From NCBI RefSeq assembly GCF_032444005.1, contig NC_091282.1:982452001-982516000 (forward strand): 64,000 nucleotides of DNA. Reading direction: 5' to 3'. The notes below the pieces were generated by a model, which saw nothing but the letters and a program-made list of their open reading frames with translations, was not told the origin of the DNA and did not search any database. The position numbers and the translations under genes are program-made. This stretch comes from Ranitomeya imitator. Lineage: Eukaryota. Of the stretch, positions 8,498-21,390 are shown piece after piece (position 1 is the first letter of the stretch; each line of letters begins with the position of its first letter).

Positions 8498-11400
8498 TGT
8501 TTGGTATCGCCTGATCTATCAATATATTAAAAGAATTAATCTGATCGGTAAATGGAGTAACGAGAAGAAAAGTCAAATCGCAAGAATTACATTTTTTGGT
8601 CGCAGCAACATTGCATTAAAATGCTATAACCTATAACAGGTGATCAAAAAATCGCATCTGCACCAAAATGGTATCAATAAAAACATCAGCTTGGTGCACA
8701 AAAAATATGCCCCCACTCAGTCTCAGATCACGAAAAATGGACGCTACGGGTGACTTTTTTTTAAAGAAACTTTGGATTTTTTTTCACCACTTAAATAAAA
8801 AAGAACCTAGATTTGTTTGGTATCTACGAACTCTTAATGACCTGGAGAATCATAATGGCAGGTCAGTTTTAGCATTTAGTGAAGATGATAAAATAGCAAA
8901 ACAAAAAGCAATTCTGTTTTCCAGTACCCTATATGGCAAAACCAATGATGTCGTTCAAAAGTACAACTCATCCCGCAAAAACCAAGCCCTCACATGGCCA
9001 TATTGACGGAAAAATAAAAAAGTTACGGCTCTGGGAAGAAGGGGAGCAAAAAACGGAAACTCAAAAATGGAAAAACCTAAGGTGGTGAAGCGGTTAATTT
9101 TGTTGCTTTTAGTCCCAGAAGGGGGATACTCTGTGATGAGTTTATTTTCAAGGATAATGAAAAGGGATTGTGAAAAGCAGACAATCCCTTAAACAGTGTG
9201 ATACCATTTATAAGATGGATAGGGAGTGAGATGTAATCCTGCATGGACATCTTAGTATTACATAACACCCATTAAGAGTCATAACACATATCCTCCATTG
9301 CAAGTCTTCAGTGTAAGCACAGTCCATTCCACCTATTCCCTAATCTGATTCTGCTAAATCATATAGATAGGGGTTGCCAAAAAGCTACGCCTTGAGAGAA
9401 AGTTTTACTTTGTCTGCACAATACTATAAGACTGCTACAAGTTATGAAATTTCAGGCCAACAGCCTGAAACACCGTGTCTGCGAATTGAGATATTGATTT
9501 GGCTTTTATCCTATGTCATATTGCACGACTCGTTAAAGGGTTGATTGTGACTTGTAGGATCGCTACTTCCAACAGGTGGCGCTATAGAGTTTAAGTCCTC
9601 TTTTTCTCAGAAGAGGCAATTTGCATATGAAATTTTATTGGAAATTAATTGTTCAACTTGGTGTATATATGAATTGTAATAATATGAAATGTTGCCTGAT
9701 AGCCAAGGGATTACATAAACTTGTGAATTAATCATTGGACCAGTGTTATTATAATTTAGCTTTGAGAGCATGGTGATAGCCAGCAGCATTAGCCATCTGA
9801 AGGAGATGTTTCAAATTCTGCTACCTGCATAATGACCTCAAGTGCACAAACAGAAATGTATAATATACTAAGAAAGAGAAACACAATAGATACAAATTAA
9901 ACAAATTAAAACATTAGACATAAAATACTAAATTGGAACTTATGGGACTTGTCCTGTAGGTATAGTTTGAGACCCTGGTGCATCAATAATGTAAGTAAAG
10001 GATGCAGCGAAAGTAACTAAAATAAAGAACACAAACTTTTGTAAAGCAGAAAAATAAAATCATCAATTAATATTAAGATTCGTTCTAAACTCTGGAACAT
10101 AAAAACACATCATTGGTTCTTTGAATCAATGAATCAGATAATGTTATCAGGCTACAAAATTATATACGTGGAAAATAGAAGACCTATATAATATATAATA
10201 TGGTGAAATTAATGTATGTTGATAAAAAAAATGGACGTAGTAGAAAGTAGGAATCCATTCATGGAAAGAAACGTCTGAAAACATTCTTCTCCGATTGCTC
10301 CCATCTTACCACATAGATGCTGTTGTTTTAACTAGAGGGGGTTGTTCGAGTGGGCATTTCCATTTCAGCATTGTTGATGGCTTAAAATGGCAGCAGGGGC
10401 CTACTGAAGGTCCCAATCTCAGACATCTTGGTTCTCCCATAATTTACTGCATGATACAATACTAAAGCATTGCAGGTTAAAGTCCCCTAGTGGAACTAAA
10501 AAACGTGAAAGAATTTTAAGAAAAATTAAGAAATGAATTAAAAACAATCAGATTAAATCACCTACCTGTTACCGATACCAAAATAAAGAAATTACAAAGC
10601 AGACATTAAAACATAACATTTTTAAAAGCAAATATAAAAAACTATAGAAGTTTGGCATATCTGTTGCTGGTGTTGTTTTTTTACTATACACTGAATGTAG
10701 TATATACAAAACTTAAAAAAAAAACAATGGGGAATTGCATGTTTCCACCATTTCATCCGACAAGGAATTATCACTCCATTTCTCAGTAAAATCTATGACT
10801 TTTCCCACAGAAGAATAAAGCAATCAATGGGAAAATAAAAAAGTTGTGATTCTTGGAAGAAGGTGGAGAAGGAAAGAAAAGTCCCCCCACTCCTAAAAGG
10901 GGAAGATAAATGGGAAGTCAGCTGAAGTGCAATAGTAAGAAAGTGCAATAATAAATATAGTTTTCCTCTTTAAAAAAGAAAGCAATTACTTAGTAATCAC
11001 AATAATACAAACTACATACAAAAAATGTAACCTATTATGGTCCCTCCATTTAAATGATAATGGACTCCTGGCACATAAAATGATGCCCATGCCCCGAATA
11101 TCCATATGCATCATAATAACCACTTATTTTCTGCTTTATGCTGGATAGTGAGGACTGGTAAAGATAAATGCAGTATAGTGCTACCGATTTATTTTCGAAT
11201 GTATGTAATAAATTACCGCTCTGCCCTTTCATTAGGGTCCTATAAAGGTAAGCCACTGAGCCAAATTCAAATTGCCACTCCCAGCGGGGGTGAAGGTACC
11301 CACGGGCACACCACTAATTACAGCAGAAGAGTTAAAGGGAACCTGTCATGTGGAAAAAAAACACTATTAACCTGCAGACATGGGGTTAATTTAAAAGTTA

Positions 11401-12529
11401 ATAATGTTCTTAAGCCGTGTGGCCACTGCATTGAAAGCCTGGCTGCTGTGAGAAAATTACCTTTATTCCCCCCGGCAGCATTGGCTTTCAGTCAAAGAGG
11501 GGCAGCCGGTACAAATTCAGTCACGGTTCAGTACATAGTGATCAACGGCTGTAACCAGGCCCCGTCACTGACTGAAAGCTGGCTCTACAACACATCAGTG
11601 CTAAGCCAGCTGGCAGTCAGTGCCAGGGCCTGGTTACAGCCGACGCTCATTGTTTACTTAGCAGTGACTGAAGCTGCGCCAGCTGCGCCTCTATGACTGA
11701 AAGCCTGAGGCTGCTGTGATCTGGATTGGATCTTGCAATTTTTTTTAAAATGTTGGTACATATACAAATGCCACATGGATGTAAAAATGGACATATGAAT
11801 AATGCACAGATGTAAAAATTACATACATGACATATGGATTGAATATGGATGAAAATAATTTTTTTTCTGGTGGATAATTGGAAGATTTTACATATGCTCA
11901 TCGGAACTGTGAGGTAAAATTATAGCAAAGGTTACACTTCAAAGTAATAAGACTAAAATCTCCCTCCCTCATAGGCCTCGTGTTTGTTTAATAGCACTTT
12001 ACTGTTCATGTGTCATGCCATTTGTTTTCTTTCATATTGTCAGGCAATTCTCTATAATATTCCACAGAGAAAATCCTCTGTCTTAGGATGCCTACAGCGA
12101 GAATGTCTGACTGTGACGGCAAGACCACAAATTACTGTTATCAAACTATTACTCTAATATGAGAATACATTATAGATGTTAAATGATATTGTATATAATA
12201 GTTCATAGGCCATAATTTGTGTCAGCTCAAGAGAAATGAGACAAAATATATTGCCACATACAATATGCTATGCAAGCTGCTATAATTTATGTTTTGATAA
12301 ATGGAGCCATATGCTTGAGCACAGTGTTAGTTTTATGCCCAGGACATTTTAATGAATAGTCCTATTAGTGCTTTAATGAAAACAAATCTTCATTTTTCAC
12401 ATACATCACTGCATAAATTCACCAGAACATGCTTAACACTGATCCTGCTGTGTTTCAGAACTACATGTATAACATTTATACACAAATCAGCATAGAGATA
12501 TAAGGGTTTTATTTTTTCCCTTGTGTTAA

Positions 12530-13298
12530 AGGGAACCTGGGAGCTTCCCCAGGCCTCCCAAACCACCACCGTGTATTATTAATTCCTTTATACACTTCCT
12601 AAGAAGCCCCTTATCATGGCTTATTGATTTATTATATTTATGCCTAAAATAAATTTTATAACTGAGCTTGACATATGCTAATTAGTGTCTGACTAATTGT
12701 GGGGCCATTGCTTTCCACATACTAATCATCCCACTAATCATTTTATCACTGCCTTGTGGGCGTGAATGACTTCTAAAAGGTGTCGCCACTAGCTCTTTGC
12801 AATCTCTGCCTCACTGGCAATGTGCAGTAAAAGCCGATGTATACTTCTTGGCTTCATGAGTGCCCTACCATGCCCAGAGAAGTAGCAGTGACTTGGGACA
12901 CAGAAATGTGCGAGATTTGCAAAGAACCGGCAGTAACTGCTGGCTGAGTCCTGCGTCACCAATGTCTCCCTGGGTATGCACCGTGCACCGATGACTCCAA
13001 GGAGTGTACAACCAACTCACTATGTATTGTGAAGGAGGCAAATATTTGCAAAAAGCTGCGAGTGACACCACTTGAAAATCATGTCACTCTTGCCCACAGG
13101 GACATGATAACACGATTAGTGAGGCAATTAGTCCTAGTAATCACCCACTAATTAGCATATTGCAAGCCCAGTTACAAAATTGATTTTATGGAGACTCAAA
13201 AATCTACAGGCCACAAAAAGGGGCTTAGGAAATACATAAAGGAATCATTAAATACATGGTGCCTATATGATGGACATGGGAAAGCTTACAGTTTTCCT
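12530..13298. mobile_element. Kolobok/T2-type MITE
   Basis: TTAA at both ends; termini AGGGAACCTG and CAGTTTTCCT. Related AGGGAACCTGTCA ends occur near 11335, 26849, 45680 and 46210. Confidence 0.5.
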
Positions 13299-13493
13299 TT
13301 AAGTGTATTAAGATTATTTACAGCCATTTTTGGTAATTGCTTAGTCTACAGATACCAAATTTCCATAGATAATAACCTCTAATATTGGCTTTTTGCTCAG
13401 AAGAAGGGACATATCAGGACACGGACCCAACAATGAAGGATGCCTTGACGATGGCTGTTGGGCTCACATATATTGGCCAATCTATGAGCTAAG

Positions 13494-14490
13494 TGTTAGG
13501 TGTCGAGTTCCCGCCTCTGCACAGGGGGAATCTCGAATCATCTCCGCTGCGGTCTCCCATTTTTCTCCAGCCGCAGTGGAGTCTGCTCAGTGGAGACGTC
13601 GGTCCCAGCGTCTAGCTCAGGCTAATGCTGGACGACTGGTTAATACTGACCTTCCAGGCTCTGTTCTTGTAGCCAGCAATGTTCAGCAGCGAGCAGGTGT
13701 TTCTGGGACTAAGTCCAGATTTTCCCTTTCTGAGCATGCCCACGGGATGACCTCCCATTGGAGGTTGGGGGTCACATGCTTAGATACTGCAGCTAATCCC
13801 ATTGGTCCTCTAGGAAGGTCTTAAAGGTGTTCTTCTGTGGCAGACTCCCATTGGTCCTTCTCGGAAGGTCTTGTACTTGCTGTAGCTATAAAAGGTTAGC
13901 ATGGCCGCAAGGCCATGCGCTAGTATACAATTGTTATCGTGTGTGTGTTGATGAGTGCAAGTCGTTCCTTAAAAAACCCATCCCTTGTGTATGACTGTTC
14001 GCGTAAGGTGCATGGCTGCAATCTAGCGCCCGGCTGAACTCACAGCTTTAACACATGAAACAGCGTCTAACTGCTGTGACCGCCAGTGCAGCGCCATGCG
14101 CTATTAGAGCGCTTACCTTACCCAAGTCTGGGTGGTTAGTGGCGTCCGCTAGTGTTGCACAGCATGCACTTCTGTGCATATTAGTTACCTCTGATACCCC
14201 AATTGTGGTGTCGATCGCAAGAGGTCTACACTAACTCTAATCCTGTGTCCTGGGATAGAGTTCTGTGGTTCCTTGCTTGCGCTCTCTGTGCGGTACCGCG
14301 ACCCTGTGACTTAACAGGGATCGCTTTCTTCATACAGGGTGAAGTTAACCCATGTGTGTATCCTCATTGTACCGCCATATAGTCCGTCATTACGTAGCAG
14401 CAGGTTCCATCTCTGCACGGTGGACTCCAGGATGCGAACGCACCTTATTATATCTGTTTAATTATTTGGTGCGCTCCGCTAGCCCTAACA
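13494..14490 (+). mobile_element. Solo LTR of a related chromovirus subfamily
   Basis: TG...CA, 997 bp; TSD CTAAG (13489-13493, 14491-14495); about 76% identity to the U3 of the 1649-7985 element over the first 327 nt. Confidence 0.93.
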
Positions 14491-15888
14491 CTAAGTACCT
14501 TATTTTTTACTGTGATTTTTCATAGCAATTTTGCAGATTAATATTTCATATATAAATTATTTAGCATTCCCCCATTTTCTATGGCAGTGGTGCAGTTCCA
14601 GTGTTCTAGAGTAATCATTCTTAGCAATTCAGGCTGCAACCTTATAGTTTCTTATAGTTATATGTTTTTGGTTGCTACCTGTTCACATTAGCTTAGATTT
14701 GCTGGTCCTTTTTCTCTATTTGTAGTAACCACTAATGACAGCCATTAAAATGCTCATAAAGGGGACCTACTTTCTGATTCATGCTGCCAAAACCACAGGC
14801 AGAATGAAACAGATCCTGGCTGCACAACTGCAGCCAGGTATATATTTTTGTAAAATGCTCCGGCGTTGCAGAAAAAGTATATTTTAAAGATCTGACCGAG
14901 AACATAGCCAGAGATGAGACCAGTCTGGCTCTCTCCAGCTCCATTCTAGGTGCTAGACAAGTATCTCACTATGGAAGGATCTGGCCGGGGTGCAGCCGGA
15001 CTGTTATGGTTCCCGGCTAGACCTTTAAAGTATATTTTATCTACTAGACTGGAGCACTTCAGAGAAATATATGCAATTGTGTAATTTGGCCGCAAATGTG
15101 CAGTGGGGATCTGATTCATGTTGTCAGCTGTTTGGTTGGCATGAATCAGATGACAGGTTTCTGTAAACAACACCTATCTCATCACACTAAAAGAGAAGAA
15201 AAGCATGGAATACTGGCCTCAACCACTCCCTTTTGGTGCACATATTAATCTAATATATCTAGAAACTGGCCATATCGTCATAGTCTGTAACCTGTCATCT
15301 TCTCTTTTTTCTTTAGGCAATTGCTGTCAAATCTGCAAACACAATAATTGCAGAAATATTCTTTCACTTATTTCCCAGCATGCATTGCTCCTGCCATTGT
15401 TCAATAACTTGCCTGCCCTGAACAGGAAGTCTGTCTCTCTTTTACACCTGTATACAGTTTGACTAGGAGAGGAGAGTCAGAGCCTTGCACCAATTCCTGA
15501 AATCCTTCTCCGCATCTCTGTTGCTAGAGATGGATTACACTTAACAACAGGCAGTTCACAGTGAGCTAGACAGAAGGGAGAAATCAAGTGTGGGGCATTT
15601 GGGAATAATTTTTTGAGAAGTACAGTGACCATTTAAGTCTTGTCACTTCGCCAGGTCTAAAAATACATGCCTTTTAATTACTTTCTACCTTTATATGTGA
15701 AAGAATAGTTCTGAGGGAATCTTAGTTGAAAAAACAGAAAATTCTGTAGGTTTGCAATATAAAAGAGGAAGAAAAATGTAAAAAGAATAAAAGCTATTAG
15801 CAAGTAATGATGAATCAACAGGTTTCCAATATACTGAATCAACTGATTTGTAATATTGTGTACAAGTTATATGCATGCAAAAATGTAC

Positions 15889-16666
15889 CTTAAATTCTTT
15901 TTCAATATTGGCAAGTTTGGCTAATTCATTGCTCAACTCCAATGCTGTGTGAACAGGATCTTCACTGGCTAGAGAGAGATAGGCTGGGCTGGCTAGTCCC
16001 TTGTAAGCATTTATCCGGGATCTTGAGTGGCTGAATGAGTCATGTTTTTGCTTATCCATGCAGTCATTGCACTTGCAGAAGTAATCATGTGGCCGTTCTA
16101 TCTTTGCTCCTTTTATCAATAACATATGCACAACTTCATATTTTTGGCAGTGTGCAGCAAGAATGATGGGTGTGATATCTGGTGAGAACCTAGTACCATC
16201 TTCATCATAGGAGTAAAAATCATCATCATCATCCTCTTCCTCCTGCTCACATGGACTAAGGGTTAGTCTTTCGCTTGCTGCAAAAGCAGAATGATTTAAG
16301 ATGGCTTCAACTATCCTAACATATCCTTTGCTAATTGCAAGAAGCAAGGCATCTCCTATTCGTGCCAAGGAATCCTTCTTCAGCAACAGTTCAGTTACTT
16401 CTAAATGTTCATTCCCTACTGCCAACTGTAGGCCGTTTTGTCCCATGTAATCCACACAATTGAAATTCAATGAGCTTGACTCCTCCAGCATTTTTCTAAC
16501 CACTGGAATGTTCCCATATTCAGCAGCATCTAAGAAACGTTCCTCCTCTGCAGTTAGGTTTGGACCTCGGTTATTAAACATAAATGCGGGGCCACGGACA
16601 GCCTGTCTCCTTCCCTTTTCTCTTATCATGGTTACTCTTCTTATGGATGGGCTCCCTTCACCTGCT
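15889..16666 (-). CDS. trpc3: TRPC3 large N-terminal coding exon (ankyrin repeats to coiled-coil), 778 nt, phase 2 to phase 0
   Basis: Protein [16 protein letters not shown]...[23 protein letters not shown]...[31 protein letters not shown]...[13 protein letters not shown] is diagnostic of TRPC3 (GNEH, SPDITP and CQKYEVV differ from TRPC6/7 as I recall them). Acceptor ttcttcAG at 16668-16667; donor AAG/GTACAT at 15888. Confidence 0.93.
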
Positions 16667-17442
16667 CTGAAGAAGAAAAAACACAAATTAACCCAATAAT
16701 CCATACGTATTCACCATTTATGAAATATAGGTGGCCATTCTCCTTACATAGCTGTTGACCAATTGAGTGTTATCTTCTGTCATCTAATATATAGAGTTGA
16801 GTGTATGTATGTGTGTCTGTGTATGTATCGAGAAACGGTAAATCCACTTAGCCACGCCCACTCCACATAGCAGGCACAGGCCACATCTAGCTCCGTCGTG
16901 ACTAGAATTGAGTTGTTTCTGTGAGGCATGACGTCAATGGAAAGGGAGGAGCCTCATGGGTAGAGATGTGAGGGGCAAAATGAGAGATGTCAGGGGAAAA
17001 ATGAGAGAAGTGAGGTGCTGCTGCAGTATGAGGCTGTGTATAGAGTAGAGTGAAGCGCTGCAGGTGGAGGCTGTGTACAATGCCACATTTTACCTCAGTA
17101 TTTATAAGCCAAAACCAGGAGTGAGTGAGAAAAATACAGATTTGGTGGCATGTTTCTAATAAACTTTTCCTCTGATTGCTTTACTCCAAGTTTAAGCTTA
17201 AAAATACTGAGGTAAAAATACTGACCAAATAATGTGTGAACGAGGTCTAATACAGGAGGAGATGACACACAGGTATATACTATATACAGGAGCAGATGAC
17301 ATACAGGTATATACTATATAGAGGAAGAGATGACACACACAGGTATATACTATATATAGGAGGAGATGACACACAGGTACATACTATATACAGGAGGAGA
17401 TGACTTACAGATATATACTATATACAGGAGGAGATGACATAC

Positions 17443-18326
17443 TTAGGGCTGGTGGAACGCACTGAGTAAATATTGAGATAGAACAGGTACGTTCGCAAGC
17501 CCGGGGTCCACCGTCCAGGAGTGGAACCTGCTGCTAGTAAATGGCGGGACTATATGGTGGCACTACGCCTGAATAGACATGGGTTCCGTCACCCAGTCTG
17601 TACAGGAGCGAACTCTGTTACTTCACAGAGTCACCGGGATTAAAGAAGACACTGTGCCCTGTTATCCTCACAAGGGATCAAAGCTCACTAACGGAGCAGG
17701 TAGCATACAGTGGTTGTACAGTCAGCAACAGCACTCAAACAACTCCTCTTTGGAGCTGCCGGAATTCTAGTGGCTATAAGCCAGCCCTGAATTCATACAC
17801 TCAAACTCCTCTCTGGAGGTGCCGGAATTCTAGTGGCTATACGCCAGCCCTGAATTCATACACACAATCTCCTCTGCGGAGGTGCCAGAATTCTAATGGC
17901 TTACAGCCGACCCTGAGCACATGCTGACACAGACCATGAGGTAGCTAAGCTCATACACATATGAACATAGGTTGATACTAGTGCATGACCGTGCGGCCAT
18001 GCAAACCTTTTATAGAGGAAGCTCTCCAGGACCTTCCTAGTGGTCCAAAAGGAACTGCTTCTGGACCTGAGCATGTGACCCTCGACCTCCAATGAGAGGT
18101 CATCCCTTGGGCATGTTCAGAAGACGAAAAGCAGAACTTAGTCCCAGGAGCATCTGCTCGCCACAGAACAGTGCTGGTTACAATGGCTGAGTCTGGAAGA
18201 TCAAAAGTAACCAAGCGCACAGTATCTGCCTGAGCCAGACACTGGGACCGACGTCTCTGCTGAGCAGGCTCCACTGCGGCTGGAGAAGAATGGGAGACTG
18301 CAGCGGTGGGAACTCGACACTTAACA
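17443..18326 (-). mobile_element. Solo LTR of a related chromovirus subfamily; 2 nt missing at one terminus
   Basis: TSD CATAC (17438-17442, 18327-18331); homologous U3, TATA and terminal motifs. Confidence 0.88.
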
Positions 18327-18711
18327 CATACAGGTATATACTTTATACAGGAGGAGAGGACATACAGGTATATACTGTATACAGGAGGAGATGACATACA
18401 GCTACATACTATATACAGGCGGAGAGGACATACAGGAATATGCTATATACAGCGGAGATGATATACATGTATATACTATATACTGGAGTGTATGACACAC
18501 AGATATATACTATATACAGCAGCAGATGACACACAGGTATATACTATATACAGCGAAGATGACATACAGGTATATACTATATACAGGAGCAGATGACACA
18601 CAGGTACATACTATATACAGGAGGAGATGACACACAAGTATATTATACAGGAGGAGATGACATTCAGGTATATTCTATATACAGGAGCAGATGACACACA
18701 GGTACATACTA

Positions 18712-20367
18712 CAGTTAGGGCCAGAAATATTTGGACAGTGACACAATTTTCGCGAGTTGGGCTCTGCATGCCACCACATTGGATTTGAAATGAAACATCT
18801 ACAACAGAATTCAAGTGCAGGTTGTAACGTCTAATTTGAAGGGTTGAACAAAAATATCTGATAGAAAATGTAGGAATTGTACACATTTCTTTACAAACAC
18901 TCCACATTTTAGGAGGTCAAAAGTAATTGGACAAATAAACATAACCCAAACAAAATATTTTTATTTTCAAAATTTTGTTGCAAATCCTTTGGAGGCAATC
19001 ACTGCCTTAAGTCTGGAACCCATGGACATCACCAAACGCTGGGTTTCCTCCTTCTTAATGCTTTGCCAGGCCTTTACAGCCGCAGCCTTCAGGTCTTGCT
19101 TGTTTGTGGGTCTTTCCGTCTTAAGTCTGGATTTGAGCAAGTGAAATGCATGCTCAATTGGGTTTAGATCTGGAGATTGACTTGGCCAGTGCAGAATGTT
19201 CCACTTTTTGGCACTCATGAACTCCTGGGTAGCTTTGGATGTATGCTTGGGGTCATTGTCCATCTGTACTATGAAGCGCCGTCCAATCAACTTTGCAGCA
19301 TTTGGCTGAATCTGGGCTGAAAGTATATCCCGGTACACTTCAGAATTCATCCGGCTACTCTTGTCTGCTCTTATGTCATCAATAAACACAAGTGACCCAG
19401 TGCCATTGAAAGCCATGCATGCCCATGCCATCACGTTGCCTCCACCATGTTTTACAGAGGATGTGGTGTGCCTTGGATCATGTGCCGTTCCCTTTTTTCT
19501 CCAAACTTTTTTGTTCCCATCATTCTGGTACAGGTTGATCTTTGTCTCATCTGTCCATAGAATACTTTTCCAGAACTGAGCTGGCTTCTTGAGGTGTTTT
19601 TCTGCAAATTTAACTCTGGCCTGTCTATTTTTGGTATTGATGAATGGTTTATATCTAGATGTGAACCCTTTGTATTTACTGTCATGGAATCTTCTCTTTA
19701 CTGTTGACTTAGAGACAGATACACCTACTTCACTGAGAGTGTTCTGGACTTCAGTTGATGTTGTGAACGGGTTCTTCTTCACCAAATTAAGTATGCGGCG
19801 ATCATCCACCACTGTTGTCATCCGTGGACGCCCAGGCCTTTTTGAGTTCCCAAGCTCACCAGTCAATTCCTTTTTTCTCAGAATGTACCCAACTGTTGAT
19901 TTTGCTACTCCAAGCATGTCTGCTATCTCTCTGATGGATTTTTTCTTTTTTTTTCAGCCTCAGGATGTTCTGCTTCACCTCAATTGAGAGTTCCTTTGAC
20001 CGCATGTTGTCTGCTCACAGCAACAGCTTCCAAATGCAAAACCACACACCTGGAATCCACCCCTGACCTTTTAACTACTTCATTGATTACAGGTTAACGA
20101 GGGAGATGCCTTCAGAGTTAATTGCAGCCCTTAGAGTCCATTGTCCAATTACTTTTGGTCCCTTGAAAAAGAGGACGCTATGCATTACAGAGCTATGATT
20201 CCTAAACCCTTTCTCCGATTTGGATGTGGAAACTATCATATTGCAGCTGGGAGTGTGCACTTTCAGCCCATATTATATATAATTATTCAGTATTTCTGAA
20301 CATGTTTTTGTAAACAGCTAAAATAACAAAACTTGTGTCACTGTCCAAATATTTCTGGCCCTAACTG
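18712..20367 (-). mobile_element. Full-length Tc1 element, 1656 bp
   Basis: TA TSD; perfect 35-bp TIR CAGTTAGGGCCAGAAATATTTGGACAGTGACACAA; transposase on the minus strand. Confidence 0.96.
18967..20005 (-). CDS. Tc1 DD34E transposase (345 aa if one extra A in the A-run at about 19939-19954 is removed)
   Basis: MRSKELSIEVKQNILRL start at 20005; paired-like HTH; WTDE, MDNDPKH and SPDLNPIE with 34 residues between the second D and E. Only lesion seen is the +1 homopolymer shift. Confidence 0.9.
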
Positions 20368-20852
20368 TATATACAGGGGAGATGGCATACAGATATATAC
20401 AGGTGGAGATGACATACAGGTATATACTATATACAGGAGATGACATACAGGTATATACTATATACAGGAGGAGATGACATGCAAGTATATACTATATACA
20501 GGAGATGATATACAGGTATATTATATACAGGAGGAAATGACATACAGGTACATACTATATACAGAGGAGATGACATATAGGTATATACTATATACGGGGG
20601 AGAAGACATACAGGTATATACTATATACAGGAGCAGATGACACACAGGTATATATATACTAAATATAGGGGAGATGAAATAAAGGTATATACTATATACT
20701 ATATACAGGAGGAGATGACATACATGTATATACTGTATACAGGGGAGATGACATACAGGTATATACTATATACAGGACATGACATACAGGTGTATATACT
20801 ATATACAGGGGAGATGACATACAGGTATATACTGAGGGGAAAATGACATTAT

Positions 20853-21390
20853 TGCCATCTCCTCATTGGTCAGACCTCATCTGGAATACTGTGTACAGTT
20901 TTGGGCACCACATTTAAAAAAAAGACATCAACAAAGTGGAGCAAGTTCAGAGAAGAGCGACCAGAATGGTGACCGGTCTGCAAACCATGTCCTATGAGGA
21001 ACGATTACAGGATCTGGGAATGCTTAGCTTGCAAAAAAGAAGACTGAGAGGAGACTTAATAGTTGTCTACAAATAGCTCAAGGGCTGTCACATTGCAGAA
21101 GGATCATCTTTATTCTCATTTGCACAAGGAAAGACTAGAAGCAATGGTATGAAACTGAATAGGAGACACAGATTAGAAATTAGAATTTTTTTTTGACAGT
21201 TAGGGTGATCAATGAGTGAAGCAGGCTACCACGAGAGATGGTGAGTTCTCCTACAATGGAAGTCTTCAAACAGAGGCTGGAAAGACATCTGTCTGAGATG
21301 GTTTAGTGAATCCTGCTTTGAGCAGGGGGTTGGACCAGATGACCCAGGTGGTCCCTTCCAACTCCACCATTCTATGATTCTGATTCTATG
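20853..21390 (+). mobile_element. 5'-truncated CR1 LINE 3' end
   Basis: [15 protein letters not shown]-like RT tail; 3' UTR ending in (ATTCTATG)n repeats. Confidence 0.9.

Larger units (their letters stand above)
1124..9093. mobile_element. Non-autonomous piggyBac-like (TTAA) element; host of the chromovirus and Tc1 insertions
   Basis: TTAA at 1120-1123 followed by CCCCTT, and AAGCGG followed by TTAA at 9094-9097. Internal sequence is continuous across the CCCTA target site of the LTR element. No transposase. Confidence 0.55.
17250..20830 (+). repeat. About 32-bp minisatellite (ACAGGTATATACTATATACAGGAGGAGATGAC), split by LTR and Tc1 insertions
   Basis: Degenerate tandem units at about 17250-17442, 18327-18711 and 20368-20830. 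Confidence 0.9.

Noticed and set aside
14590-14625. AG-AATGATTAC (NDY) on the minus strand as the start of the next trpc3 exon
   Set aside because: It continues NDYSRTLELHH rather than NDYRKLSMQCK. No downstream trpc3 exon was found in 1-15888.
15691-16704. The 337-aa ORF as a complete single-exon gene
   Set aside because: [12 protein letters not shown] is the translated polypyrimidine tract, and everything after EKEFK is intron beyond the GT donor at 15888.
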